Shown piece after piece: positions 1 to 9,901 of a stretch of DNA of 64,000 nt. How positions within the stretch are numbered: position 1 is the first letter of the stretch; each line of letters opens with the position of its first letter. The position numbers were made by a program, and so were the translations under genes. The stretch is from Clostridia bacterium (GTDB lineage: Bacteria; Bacillota; Clostridia; Christensenellales; UBA1242). Where the stretch lies: the NCBI GenBank assembly GCA_016297915.1, contig JAEDFU010000002.1, forward strand, positions 31,798 to 95,797, given 5' to 3'. Below the pieces are notes generated by a model. It ran no database searches. It had not been told where the DNA came from and saw only the letters and a list, made by a program, of their open reading frames with translations.

Positions 1-51
1 CTCAGACACATAACTATTAATGCCTTTGATTTTTAGATTAATCGGCTTCAT
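1..51 (-). CDS. sbcC: SbcC/Rad50-family exonuclease subunit, 5' end only (runs off the left edge)
   Basis: Not in the ORF track because no stop lies in the window. A minus-strand ATG at 51..49 overlaps the sbcD stop by 14 nt and reads MKPINLKIKGINSYVSE, a typical SbcC N-terminus. The sbcD-sbcC order is standard. Confidence 0.55.
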   Translation of the reverse strand, partial: MKPINLKIKGINSYVSE

Positions 52-1276
52 ACAAATCCTCCGACATTAGACTTAGGAAAAGCTCTTTGACTTTTGGGTC
101 TGCAGGAGTGCCATTTTTTGCTTTGGCAAAGTTGTCAAAGATTTCTCCATTAGTAAGATTTTTCTTGCTGGTTATATCTGTGTGGGCTCGTGCCTGGTTG
201 GTTATAACCGATAGTGTTACTAGATTTGGATGTTTGCTACGCAAATTTTTGACATCAGACATTGTGATGTATGGAGTATATTCGGTATTGTCCACCTCTT
301 CGTCTGTATTGTCTACATTTTCAATTATAATTTTGACCAAATCCTCAGGATGCTCGCTTAGAACCTTGTGTGCTTCGGCAACTGAGTTAACACTAAATTT
401 TTTGAGCAACTTGACATCTAGTGGTTGCTTGATTATATTATTTGCGCCATTGCAGTCAAGGTCGGCAATGATTACATTTGTAGGGGTGTCATTGTTGACC
501 GAAAAGAACTGGTTAATAAGAGAGCCAGAATAAAATATATTGTGGTCTTTGTTAACAGTGAGTGTGTTGTGAATATGTCCAAGAGCGGTGTACTGGGCGT
601 TTTGTGGAAATACTCTTTGATCAACATAGCCATAGGTTGAGCTCAAAGTTGTATAACTCAAATAATCGTCTGGATCAAGGTTTGAGCCGTAACTGGTCAA
701 ATGTGCAACTGTTATATTGATTGTGTCGTCTCTAAAGTGTTTAGCTCCATCATTAAGCCACGAAGCAATTTTGTCCTGAAGATTGTCGTCTTGTTTTTTG
801 ACGGTTTTGTATCTATAAAAGGAAGGGAATGGAAGTAGCGCTACAACTGCTTTTTCGCCCTTTCGTGTTTGGAATTCAATAAAACCTTTTCCGCAATTGG
901 TGGCAAAAATATTAGTATCTTTTGGAGATCTATTAATACTAATTTCGTCAATATAGCCAACCAAATAAATACCAAATTTGTCTGCAAAAATCTTGGCATT
1001 ACTAAGTCTTCGTGGGTCGTCGTGATTGCCGGCTATTGCAATAACGGCACAATCTCCGTTGCGAGAAAGTTCAACGGCTGTCTTATAAAAAAGTTCCTCG
1101 TCCTCGGCAGATGGAACTATGTTTTCGTAAATGTCGCCAGCAATTATGACCATGTCGACATTGTATCTTTGGCTTATTTCGACAACTTGTTGTAGAGCGT
1201 ATTTTTGCTCGTTAAATCTATCTAGGTCGTCTGTTTTTGCGCCAATATGCCAATCGGCTGTGTGCAAAATTCTCAT
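38..1276 (-). CDS. sbcD: SbcD/Mre11-family DNA repair exonuclease
   Basis: 412-aa ORF with the phosphoesterase motifs in order: DWHIG, GDIYE, GNHDD, GHIH. SD ggaga lies about 9 nt upstream of the ATG. Confidence 0.9.
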   Translation of the reverse strand: MRILHTADWHIGAKTDDLDRFNEQKYALQQVVEISQRYNVDMVIIAGDIYENIVPSAEDEELFYKTAVELSRNGDCAVIAIAGNHDDPRRLSNAKIFADKFGIYLVGYIDEISINRSPKDTNIFATNCGKGFIEFQTRKGEKAVVALLPFPSFYRYKTVKKQDDNLQDKIASWLNDGAKHFRDDTINITVAHLTSYGSNLDPDDYLSYTTLSSTYGYVDQRVFPQNAQYTALGHIHNTLTVNKDHNIFYSGSLINQFFSVNNDTPTNVIIADLDCNGANNIIKQPLDVKLLKKFSVNSVAEAHKVLSEHPEDLVKIIIENVDNTDEEVDNTEYTPYITMSDVKNLRSKHPNLVTLSVITNQARAHTDITSKKNLTNGEIFDNFAKAKNGTPADPKVKELFLSLMSEDLYEAD

Positions 1277-1464
1277 TCTTTAATTTCTCCATTTTTCGTA
1301 TAATCACTATTTTTCACTATATATTTTAGCATATAATTAATTATATTCAAAATATTATGATGTCAAATTGCTAATTTTTTTGTGTGTTAAATTTGGAGTT
1401 TTGCACAACTCCGATGTAGTTAAATTGTGCAAAAAATTAATTTAAGGAGATTTTGTAAATTTTG

Positions 1465-1494
1465 TTGAACTAGTGCATGTAATTGTGTTAGAAT
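1465..1494 (+). promoter_or_regulatory. Sigma-A type promoter for dnaB-dnaI
   Basis: TTGAAC at 1465-1470, an 18-nt spacer, and an extended -10 TGtTAGAAT ending at 1494. Confidence 0.4.
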
Positions 1495-1521
1495 AGTATC
1501 AGTAATCAAAGGAGTGCTCGA

Positions 1522-2958
1522 ATGGCTTTTTGTGAATTTTCAAGCGAAGTAATTAGTAAAAATAGTGTTAGTATCGAAAATCAGTTTATCACAGATTTTT
1601 TGCCTAATGCTGAGGGCGACTATGTTAAGGTCTATCTTTATGGACTGTATTTGTGCGGAACAAGCAAAGACAACTCTATAGATGTATTTGAAAAAAATCT
1701 TGGACTCACAAGAGAAGATATCCTTAGCATCTTTTATTATTGGCAAGAGCGAGGTCTTGTCCAAGTAATAAATATTGAGCCTCCTGTTATTAGATATTTA
1801 CCTGTAGGCAGTGCTATCAAAAAATTAAAAAAATACAATGTGGACAAGTATACATCATTTAATATATCCGCTCAAGAAATTTTGGGCTCAAAGATGTTGA
1901 CCCCAAGGGAGTTTGAGGAACTTTATTATTTAATCGAAAACTTGGGACAAGAAAAAGAGTGTGTGCTCAAGATTATTGATTATTGTGTTAAACTCAAAGG
2001 TCAAAATGTATCGGTAAACTATGTTGTATCGGTTGCCAAAAACTGGGCGTATGAGGGGGTCAAGACAAGTGCTGACGCCGATGAGAGAATGGAAACGCAG
2101 GAAAGACTCACTGGGGATATTAATCTAGTAATCAAGGCAATGGGTTTCAAAAGACAAGCAACTGTTGAAGAGTTTGGTCAATTTTTGACATGGTCAAAAG
2201 ATATGGAAATTCCAACCGAATTAATTGTTGCAATCACCAAAAAATCCAAAGCAAAAAGTTTTGTAAAACTAAACGATTATGTGCTTAATTGCTATGCTCT
2301 CAAATTGTCTAGTGTCAAGGAAATAAATGATTATTTTGACGCAAGAGAAAACATGATGGCTTTAGCCAAAAATGTTGTCAAAAATTTGGGACTATACTAC
2401 TCGGATCTTTCGAGTGTTGTTGATACATATATTATGCCTTGGTTGCAATTAGGATTTGAGCAAGATGCTATTTTGAAACTATCCAATTATGCATTTAAGT
2501 CAAGCATTAGAACGCTTGAGGGGCTTAATAATCAAATGCAAAACATGTTTAAGCTAGGAGTTCTCACAAGTGATGCTATTGACAATTATATGGACGGTAT
2601 TATCAAAAACGATGAGGATATTGGCAAAATCCTAAGTAAACTAGGAATCGAAAGAAGAGTAAATTCGGCGGATAGGCTTTTTTATAAAACATGGATTTAT
2701 GACTGGGGCGTGAGTGCGGATATTATTGAATATGCTGTGACTTTGTCTCAAAATAAATATATGCCTTTGCAGTATTTAAACAAGGTTTTGTCACAATATC
2801 ATAGCGCAAATGTGACCACTCTAGAGGATGCCAAAAATGTAGCAATAGTGGGTGTATCAACTAATGACTCCAAGGGTGCAAAGGAAGCAAGAAAGAGAGA
2901 GTACTCCAAGGAACAATTGGATAGTCTTTTTGATAACATTTACGAAGTAGAAATTTAA
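1522..2958 (+). CDS. dnaB: Replication initiation/membrane-attachment protein, Bacillus DnaB type (DnaD-domain protein, not the replicative helicase)
   Basis: 478 aa, sitting directly upstream of dnaI as in Bacillus. It has two DnaD-type C-terminal modules (IIDYCVKLKGQNVSVNYVVSVAKNWAYEGVKT and IIEYAVTLSQNKYMPLQYLNKVLSQYHSANVTT). SD aaaggag. Confidence 0.7.
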   Translation: MAFCEFSSEVISKNSVSIENQFITDFLPNAEGDYVKVYLYGLYLCGTSKDNSIDVFEKNLGLTREDILSIFYYWQERGLVQVINIEPPVIRYLPVGSAIKKLKKYNVDKYTSFNISAQEILGSKMLTPREFEELYYLIENLGQEKECVLKIIDYCVKLKGQNVSVNYVVSVAKNWAYEGVKTSADADERMETQERLTGDINLVIKAMGFKRQATVEEFGQFLTWSKDMEIPTELIVAITKKSKAKSFVKLNDYVLNCYALKLSSVKEINDYFDARENMMALAKNVVKNLGLYYSDLSSVVDTYIMPWLQLGFEQDAILKLSNYAFKSSIRTLEGLNNQMQNMFKLGVLTSDAIDNYMDGIIKNDEDIGKILSKLGIERRVNSADRLFYKTWIYDWGVSADIIEYAVTLSQNKYMPLQYLNKVLSQYHSANVTTLEDAKNVAIVGVSTNDSKGAKEARKREYSKEQLDSLFDNIYEVEI

Positions 2959-2983
2959 TTAATAATCAAAGGATTTTTTGTGT

Positions 2984-3919
2984 ATGAACATAAGAGATTT
3001 AGCGTGCAAAAATATTTTAAAGAAAAAGATGCGCGCCGAAAATGATGCGGACATTATGCTTGGAAGGGTTCTTGAGAATGATGAAATAAGAGAGCTCTAT
3101 TCTGAGTCCAAAAAACTAATTGTGGATATTGCAAAAACAGAGCTCGACGGCAAGACTGCTGTAGATTTGAAAGAGCAATACAATGCAAATAGAGACAAAA
3201 TTGCAAACTTGCTTGTAAGTCTTGGATACAGCAAACAAGATCTTAAGCCTAAGTATAGTTGTGTAAGATGCAAAGATACTGGGGTGGTTGCAGGCAAAGA
3301 TTGTGAGTGTCTCAAAAAAGAGATTAGCAGACTTATGGCAAAATTGAGTGGAGTGGACATTGCCAACTTTCCAAAGTTCAATGAAGATTACTCTTGCTTT
3401 GAGGACGAAAAATCTGCCAAGAAAATCTATGAGCTTATGTTTAAATTTGTAAATGAATTAGATAGTGTATCCAAAGACAATGTCTTGCTTGTGGGAGATA
3501 CTGGAGTTGGCAAGACTCATCTGATGCAATGCATGGCTTCGCTTGCAATTCAAAAAGGATATATGGTCAAGTATACAACAGCATTTAATTTTAATCAGGA
3601 AATGCTCAAATATCACATAGCAAACTTGGATGCCAGGGAGGATATTATTAATCCTTATCTTAAATCAGATATTTTGTTTATTGACGATTTGGGGAGCGAA
3701 AACAAAATCAATTCCGTTACTAATGAGTACTTGTATTTGGTGCTAAATGAAAGAATGTTAAATCACAAAAAAACAGTTATTACAACTAATCTTAATCTTA
3801 AGCAAATTCAGGATAGCTATGGTGAGAGAATATTTAGTAGGTTGCTCCACAAAAAACAAAGTGTCAAGGTTAATTTGGGAAGTGTGGACTTAAGAACTGG
3901 ACTCAAAGAAAACAAGTAA
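2984..3919 (+). CDS. dnaI: Helicase loader DnaI (AAA+)
   Basis: N-terminal Cys-rich zinc module (CVRCKDTG...CEC), Walker A GDTGVGKTHL and Walker B ILFIDDLG. The track start at 2978 is TTG; I prefer the ATG at 2984. Confidence 0.85.
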   Translation: MNIRDLACKNILKKKMRAENDADIMLGRVLENDEIRELYSESKKLIVDIAKTELDGKTAVDLKEQYNANRDKIANLLVSLGYSKQDLKPKYSCVRCKDTGVVAGKDCECLKKEISRLMAKLSGVDIANFPKFNEDYSCFEDEKSAKKIYELMFKFVNELDSVSKDNVLLVGDTGVGKTHLMQCMASLAIQKGYMVKYTTAFNFNQEMLKYHIANLDAREDIINPYLKSDILFIDDLGSENKINSVTNEYLYLVLNERMLNHKKTVITTNLNLKQIQDSYGERIFSRLLHKKQSVKVNLGSVDLRTGLKENK

Positions 3920-3940
3920 AATTTGTTTGTCAAAAAAAAT

Positions 3941-3972
3941 AAAACCATGGAAAGAGTAATCCATGGTTTTTT
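3941..3972. terminator. Bidirectional rho-independent terminator between dnaI and the convergent gene
   Basis: Hairpin aaaaccatgg / ccatggtttt flanked by an A-run and a T-run. Confidence 0.7.
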
Positions 3973-4015
3973 GTTTGTGTACAAATACTTATTGACAATA
4001 ACTTTTAGGTTTTTG

Positions 4016-4825
4016 TCACGAATAGTGTTTGTTTTGCCAAGTTGTGTAGGATTTGTCAAAGTTAATCATATAACTTTGTGCCTTGTTTTTTTGAAATTCG
4101 TCAAACTTGGACGAAAACTCTTGCTGGGACTTATTGGTAATTTTTTTCATGTGCTCATTATACTTTTCTCTATTGAAATCTATTAGTTTTGTCTTAAGTT
4201 CAATCTGCTCTTCGGTTGGTTCAAACGAGTACTCGGAGTGGATATTGTTAACTATATCAATAAGTTCAACTTCGCTTAATTTGTTGAGCTCATTGGTGCT
4301 TTTGTCTGGTAGATAAGTTTGCATGGTTTTGATGAGCTTATACTTGTTTGCACAACAGACTTGGTTTTTCTTTTTTTCGTCAAACATGTTTCTGTCCTCA
4401 TAGTTTTCAACTACTGCACAAAGAATTTCTTTTTCTCTAAAGAATGAATAGACACTTTGGGTTATATGAACATCTAGTGCCTGAGTTATTCCGTCAATTA
4501 TGGTTATATTGACTGCGTTGTCATCTGCGTCGACATCAATGTATCCAGCCTTGCAACATATGTCCAAAAAATCCTCTGTTGCATCGGTTATGTCCATGCC
4601 TTTGTATTCGACTCCGGTTAGGAGTATCTCTGCATCCTCGTTAAGAGGCTTGTAACTTACAACTTTGAATTTTTTGTCGCATATAAATTCAATCTTGGGG
4701 TTGATCTCAAGCAAGACATAATTGTAGTCATTTGCTGTAATGCCCGAAAAAATTATGTAGCCTACGGCGCTCAGCAAAATTGCACCAATAAATATTAAAC
4801 AAATTACAGTTGCTTTTTTTTCCAT
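4016..4825 (-). CDS. Membrane-anchored protein with an RsgI-like (anti-sigma-I middle domain-like) extracytoplasmic region
   Basis: N-terminal TM segment (VICLIFIGAILLSAVGYIIF) followed by LEINPKIEF...VVSYKPLNEDAEILL...GMDITDA...CCKAGYI, which resembles the RsgI middle-domain pattern as I recall it. There is no N-terminal anti-sigma domain and no sigma factor nearby. SD aaggat. Confidence 0.4.
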   Translation of the reverse strand: MEKKATVICLIFIGAILLSAVGYIIFSGITANDYNYVLLEINPKIEFICDKKFKVVSYKPLNEDAEILLTGVEYKGMDITDATEDFLDICCKAGYIDVDADDNAVNITIIDGITQALDVHITQSVYSFFREKEILCAVVENYEDRNMFDEKKKNQVCCANKYKLIKTMQTYLPDKSTNELNKLSEVELIDIVNNIHSEYSFEPTEEQIELKTKLIDFNREKYNEHMKKITNKSQQEFSSKFDEFQKNKAQSYMINFDKSYTTWQNKHYS

Positions 4826-4952
4826 AATAAATCCTTGAGGTAAACTATATACAATATTTTTTGTAAAACTTAAAAATATTATTCATGAGCGTTTTGTGTT
4901 TGGTTTGAGAGTGTGTTAAAATATTTTAAATGTAAATTCAAAGGAGAAAGTT

Positions 4953-5798
4953 ATGGCGTTAGAATTAAACGGCAAGGTTTTGGCAGGATGTGTAGAGGCT
5001 GAACTCGAAGAGCGTGTAAGAGGGGTTGTGGACAAACTTGGTTTCAAGCCTGTCCTTGCAACAATTTTGGTGGTAGACAATCCAGCAAGTGTTACATATG
5101 TCAAGATGAAAGCTAAGGCGTGCGAGCGAATAGGGCTTGAGTCACGCATTGTAAAATTAGACGAAAACACAACAACCGATGAGTTGCTTGCTCAGATTAA
5201 GAGCTTGAATGATGAAAAAAGGGTTTGTGGAATACTTTTGCAACACCCTGTGCCAAAGCAAATAGACGAGAGGGCGTGCTTTGATGCAATTAGACCAGAC
5301 AAAGATGTAGACGGAGTCAATAGTCTGTCGTTTGGCAAAATGGCAATGGGTGAGCCAGCGTATGTTTCGGCAACTCCTTATGGTATTATTAGAATTTTGA
5401 AACACTATGGGATAGAACTAGCAGGCAAACATGCTGTTGTTGTTGGGCGTAGTGCAATCCTTGGCAAACCTGTTGCCATGCTACTTTTGAATGAAAACTG
5501 CACCGTTACAATCTGTCATTCAAAAACAAAAAATCTGCCAGAAGTATTGAGGTCGGCAGATATTGTTGTTGGTTGTGTGGGTAAGCCAAACTTTATCCAA
5601 GCAGATTGGCTCAAAGAGGGCGTTGTCCTTGTTGATGCAGGTTACAACAAAGGAAATGTTGGGGATATAGATTTGGAAAACTGCATATCAAAATCCTCGG
5701 CATACACTCCAGTTCCAGGTGGTGTTGGCCCAATGACCATAAATTCACTTCTTTTGCAAACGGTCGAAAGCGCCGAAAAATTGGCGGATAAAAAGTAA
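4953..5798 (+). CDS. folD: Bifunctional methylene-THF dehydrogenase / methenyl-THF cyclohydrolase
   Basis: 281 aa with VVVGRSAILGKPVAMLL and PGGVGPMT motifs. SD aaaggag. Confidence 0.92.
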   Translation: MALELNGKVLAGCVEAELEERVRGVVDKLGFKPVLATILVVDNPASVTYVKMKAKACERIGLESRIVKLDENTTTDELLAQIKSLNDEKRVCGILLQHPVPKQIDERACFDAIRPDKDVDGVNSLSFGKMAMGEPAYVSATPYGIIRILKHYGIELAGKHAVVVGRSAILGKPVAMLLLNENCTVTICHSKTKNLPEVLRSADIVVGCVGKPNFIQADWLKEGVVLVDAGYNKGNVGDIDLENCISKSSAYTPVPGGVGPMTINSLLLQTVESAEKLADKK

Positions 5799-5803
5799 TC
5801 TTG

Positions 5804-6145
5804 CTATAACCACGAGGTTGCAGACTTTAAGTCGGTTTCAATCTTAATTTTTTTGGTATCAATCCAATCGTTAGTCAAAGTCAACAAACTTATGCTTGTT
5901 GGCTTTTTTAGGCTGTATTCAAGATCTCTTTTGAGCACCAAAAACGAGGTGTCGGACATTTTTAATTTATCAAAAATCTGCTCGTAACTGGCTTTGAGAT
6001 TGAGTGTTTGCTCAAGTGTTTGGTTCAAAAATATGGCGTCATCTAAGTTGGAAGATAAGTACAACTTTTGTTTGCACCAAAAAAGGATTTTGAAAATATC
6101 CACATAATTATTAATAAGTTCCAACTTTTTTTTGCCTTGTAGCAC
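5804..6145 (-). CDS. Hypothetical protein (113 aa)
   Basis: ORF with a GTG start preceded by gaggaa. I recognise no motifs. Confidence 0.45.
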   Translation of the reverse strand: MLQGKKKLELINNYVDIFKILFWCKQKLYLSSNLDDAIFLNQTLEQTLNLKASYEQIFDKLKMSDTSFLVLKRDLEYSLKKPTSISLLTLTNDWIDTKKIKIETDLKSATSWL

Positions 6146-6589
6146 CTAATTTCCTCGCATCTTTTTTATAAATATATGTAAATATTTGCTTTTTTATGTC
6201 ACTTTTTGAACATAATCCAATTTTTTTTGTAAAATACGACACCATATTTTCTTTTTGGTTTTAAATCGTATTAAGTTATATTTTATCTTGTCTACACTTG
6301 TAATTATTGACTAATTTTTGTATCCAAATTCACAATGCAACAATTATTCCCCACCACACCTACAAATTTTGGATATTTTTTCTATCTAAAAATGATTGAC
6401 TATTAAGTGTAGATTATGATATAAATTTATAAGTGTGTTCGTCTATTATGTAGAGTTTGGAGTTAGCAAACAAGAACATGCTAAAACATATTTGGAGTTA
6501 TTTGGTCAATGCACTTTTGCTGTGTATTGATATCTTTAATGGAGAACAAGTAATTTCCTTACATTTGATGATTGAGGGAATTGATAATA

Positions 6590-8479
6590 ATGAGTACTAC
6601 TAAAGACAATAAGAATATTTATTTGGGCATCAACTCTTTGAAAATGGCTGTTTTTTTGCTGATTGATAGTGTTGCTGTTTTTTTATCTTATTTGTTTGGA
6701 TTCTTAGTTGAATATGATTCACTAAATTACAAAATAGGTTTGTTTATTTTTTGTGTATTATTTTTTCAAATTGTAATGTTTGCTATTTGTGGTAATTACA
6801 AGATCCTAACATCGCATTTTGGATTTGTTGATAGTCTTCGATTTATTTTTGTAATTACTGGTGCCAATACTATAGTTTGTTTAGTAAATAAACTTTTTCT
6901 GACAAGCATTGTGAATCTTTCTGTTGTTGAATATATTTTGATAAATATTTGTGAGTGTGCAATTATTTTGCTATCGAGAGTTTTCAAAAGAATAGTGATT
7001 TTCTATTCCAACAATAAAAAGGATGCCATTCCTACTATGATTATTGGCGCAGGGTCTGGTGGCAAAGTTGCGTTTGAGGAGATTTACAGAAACGAGTCAT
7101 ATAACAACAAAGTTGTTTGTTTTGTTGATGACAATACTCAAAAAACAGGTAAAACATATTTGGGTAGACCTGTTGTGGGGCCGATTTCTGAGTTGCATTC
7201 AATTATTGAAAAATACAAAATAAGAGAAGTTGTTATTGCGATTGCTAATTTGGACAAGAGTAAGTTGAGAGGGATATTAAACCAACTTAAAGATGAGAAG
7301 GTTTTAATAAAACGATTGCCTCTATTGACAGAAATAGATATTAATACAAAAATTCAAATAAAGAATGTGTCGTTGCCAGAATTGTTGGGTAGAGAACAAA
7401 TAGTTTTTGATACAACACAAATCAAAGAATTTTTACAAGGCAAAACAGTTTTGATTACTGGTGGTGGCGGTTCTATTGGTAGCGAACTTGCTAGACAATG
7501 CTATGATTTTGGCGTGTCAAAGTTGATTCTATTTGATATTTATGAGAATGCTGTTTATAACATTCAACAAGAACTTGTAAGAAAAATGAAAGCTGACAAA
7601 AAAGATTTTAAATTGGAAACTTTGATAGGGTCGACTTATAATGAATTTAGAGTTGAAGAAATCTTCAAAAAATTTAAACCAGAAATAGTTTTTCATGCAG
7701 CGGCATATAAGCATGTTCCCTTGATGGAAGATTCTCCAGCTGAAGCAATAAGAACAAATTGTTTGGGAACATATAATGTTGCCAAGATGGCAGATAAGTA
7801 CAATACAAAAAAGATGGTATTGGTTTCAACGGATAAGGCTGTTAGGCCTACAAATACTATGGGTGCAACCAAAGCTTTTGCTGAAATGATAATTAGATTT
7901 TGGAATAACAAAAGTAAGCACACTTCTTATTCGGCGGTAAGATTTGGAAATGTGCTGGGATCTAATGGTTCTGTTATTCCACTATTTAAACAACAAATAG
8001 AAGAGGGCGGTCCTGTAACCGTTACACACAAGGAAATTACAAGATTTTTCATGACTATTCCAGAAGCGGTTTCGCTTATTTTGCAATCGGGCGTATTTGC
8101 TACTGGTGGTGAAATATTTATTTTGGATATGGGCAAGCCAGTTAAGATATTAACTTTGGCGGAAAATGTAATTAAACAATGTGGATATCTTCCTTATGAG
8201 GACATTGATATTGTTTTTACTGGGTTAAGACCGGGTGAAAAATTATATGAAGAACTATTGATTGATGTATCCAAACATGAAAAGACTTCTAACGATAAAA
8301 TTTATGTGGAAAAGTGCACAAAAGTCTATCCTATGGATGAAAATATTAAGTATATATCTAAAGTGTTCAAAATGACTGATAATGACGAAATCAAAAAGTG
8401 TTTAAAGACTATTGTTACAAGTTACGAAGATTATATGGTTTTTAATGCAAAGGTGAAAAAAGATGCTAAGAAATATTAA
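6590..8479 (+). CDS. Membrane-bound UDP-HexNAc 4,6-dehydratase (CapD/PglF/WbpM family)
   Basis: N-terminal TM segments, then Rossmann VLITGGGGSIGSEL, YKHVPLME and STDKAV.P.N.MGATK. The track start at 6572 is TTG; I prefer the ATG at 6590 behind gaggga. Confidence 0.88.
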   Translation: MSTTKDNKNIYLGINSLKMAVFLLIDSVAVFLSYLFGFLVEYDSLNYKIGLFIFCVLFFQIVMFAICGNYKILTSHFGFVDSLRFIFVITGANTIVCLVNKLFLTSIVNLSVVEYILINICECAIILLSRVFKRIVIFYSNNKKDAIPTMIIGAGSGGKVAFEEIYRNESYNNKVVCFVDDNTQKTGKTYLGRPVVGPISELHSIIEKYKIREVVIAIANLDKSKLRGILNQLKDEKVLIKRLPLLTEIDINTKIQIKNVSLPELLGREQIVFDTTQIKEFLQGKTVLITGGGGSIGSELARQCYDFGVSKLILFDIYENAVYNIQQELVRKMKADKKDFKLETLIGSTYNEFRVEEIFKKFKPEIVFHAAAYKHVPLMEDSPAEAIRTNCLGTYNVAKMADKYNTKKMVLVSTDKAVRPTNTMGATKAFAEMIIRFWNNKSKHTSYSAVRFGNVLGSNGSVIPLFKQQIEEGGPVTVTHKEITRFFMTIPEAVSLILQSGVFATGGEIFILDMGKPVKILTLAENVIKQCGYLPYEDIDIVFTGLRPGEKLYEELLIDVSKHEKTSNDKIYVEKCTKVYPMDENIKYISKVFKMTDNDEIKKCLKTIVTSYEDYMVFNAKVKKDAKKY

Positions 8480-8485
8480 AAGTAA

Positions 8486-8767
8486 CGCAGTTTAGGGAAC
8501 TTTGCTATTATAGATAATACTTGTTTAATTGGACACGATGTTAGAGTTGATGATTTTGTAACTATATATCCAGGAGCTATTGTTGCAGGAAATGTACACA
8601 TTGGAAATAATTGTGAATTGGGAACTGGTTGCAATATTATACAAGGACTTGATATAGGAAAAAGAACAATTATTGGAGCAGGTGCTGTTGTGGTTAGAAA
8701 TATTCCAGAAAATTGTACGGCTGTGGGAGTTCCTGCTAAACCAATTAAATTTAGAGAGGAGAATTAA
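8486..8767 (+). pseudogene. 3' remnant of a NeuD/PglD-family hexapeptide-repeat sugar N-acetyltransferase
   Basis: Open frame with no ATG, GTG or TTG start, beginning just after an in-frame TAA at 8483-8485. It reads ...CLIGHDVRVDDFVTIYPGAIVAGNVHIGNNCELGTGCNIIQGLDIGKRTIIGAGAVVVRNIPENCTAVGVPAKPIKF, which is left-handed beta-helix repeats only. The roughly 100-aa N-terminal domain is missing. Confidence 0.7.
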
Positions 8768-8770
8768 TTT

Positions 8771-9901
8771 ATGGAAAAAAGAATACTACTTTCATCTCCA
8801 ACTATGTACGGAGATGAACAAAAATTTATAAAAGAAGCTTTTGATACTAATTGGGTAGCTCCACTTGGAAAAAATGTTGATGAGCTTGAACATGTTGTTG
8901 CTAATTATTTGGGTGTCAAGGGTGCTTTGGCATTGTCGTCAGGCACTGCAGCACTTCACCTAGCCGTAAAACTTGCTGGTGTAAAAGCTGGAGATATTGT
9001 TATTTGTTCCGATATGACTTTTGCTGCAACTGTTAATCCTGTGAGTTATGAAAATGGTACACAAGTGTTTGTGGATTCTGAGAGAGAAACTTGGAACATG
9101 AATCCAAAAGCATTGGAATTAGCACTTAAAAAATATGGAAGTAAGGTAAAAGCCGTTATAGTGGTTAATCTATATGGTACTCCTGCTAAATTGAATGAAA
9201 TCAAAGATCTTTGTGACAAATATAATGTTGTTTTGATTGAGGATGCTGCTGAAAGTCTTTCTGCTACATACAAGGGTAGACAAACTGGGACATTTGGCAA
9301 ATATAACGCTATTAGTTTCAATGGAAATAAAATCATTACAACATCTGGCGGTGGAATGTTGCTATCTGATGATGAAGAAGCAATCAAAAAAGCAAAATTT
9401 TGGTCCACACAATCAAGAGAGCCTGCTCCATGGTATCAACACAAAGAGCTGGGTTATAACTATCGTATGAGCAATATTGTTGCAGGTATTGGCAGAGGAC
9501 AAATGCTTCACTTGGACGAACACAAAAAACTCAAAAGAAATATTTATGATAGATACAAACAAGGATTTGAAGGTTTGCCAATAACAATGAACCCATATTT
9601 GCAAGATAGCGATCCTAACTTTTGGTTAAGTTGCATGCTTTTAGACAAGGAAGTTGTAGAATCAGGAAAAGTTACTCCTGAAATCGTTAGATTAAAACTT
9701 GAAGAGAATAATATTGAATCAAGACCTATTTGGAAGCCAATGCATATGCAACCTTTATACGCTGAGCATGATTACATTATTGTAGATGGTGACAATGTTG
9801 GTGAGGATATATTTGCAAGGGGTTTGTGTTTACCATCCGATGTTAAGATGACTGTTGAAGAACAAAACAAAGTAATAGAAATCATTAGAGGATTGTTTTA
9901 A
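8771..9901 (+). CDS. DegT/DnrJ/EryC1-family sugar 4-aminotransferase (PglE-like)
   Basis: 376 aa with a PLP-lysine region FNGNKIITTSGGGML. Sits between dehydratase and phosphoglycosyltransferase genes. Confidence 0.88.
   Translation: MEKRILLSSPTMYGDEQKFIKEAFDTNWVAPLGKNVDELEHVVANYLGVKGALALSSGTAALHLAVKLAGVKAGDIVICSDMTFAATVNPVSYENGTQVFVDSERETWNMNPKALELALKKYGSKVKAVIVVNLYGTPAKLNEIKDLCDKYNVVLIEDAAESLSATYKGRQTGTFGKYNAISFNGNKIITTSGGGMLLSDDEEAIKKAKFWSTQSREPAPWYQHKELGYNYRMSNIVAGIGRGQMLHLDEHKKLKRNIYDRYKQGFEGLPITMNPYLQDSDPNFWLSCMLLDKEVVESGKVTPEIVRLKLEENNIESRPIWKPMHMQPLYAEHDYIIVDGDNVGEDIFARGLCLPSDVKMTVEEQNKVIEIIRGLF

Noticed and set aside
6291-6413. A possible invertible promoter upstream of the glycan locus: TCTACACTT (6291-6299) and AAGTGTAGA (6405-6413) are inverted repeats flanking TTGACT-type -35 boxes.
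   Set aside because: Only 9 bp match. That is about what chance gives in a 426-bp AT-rich spacer, the arms do not extend, and no site-specific recombinase is nearby.
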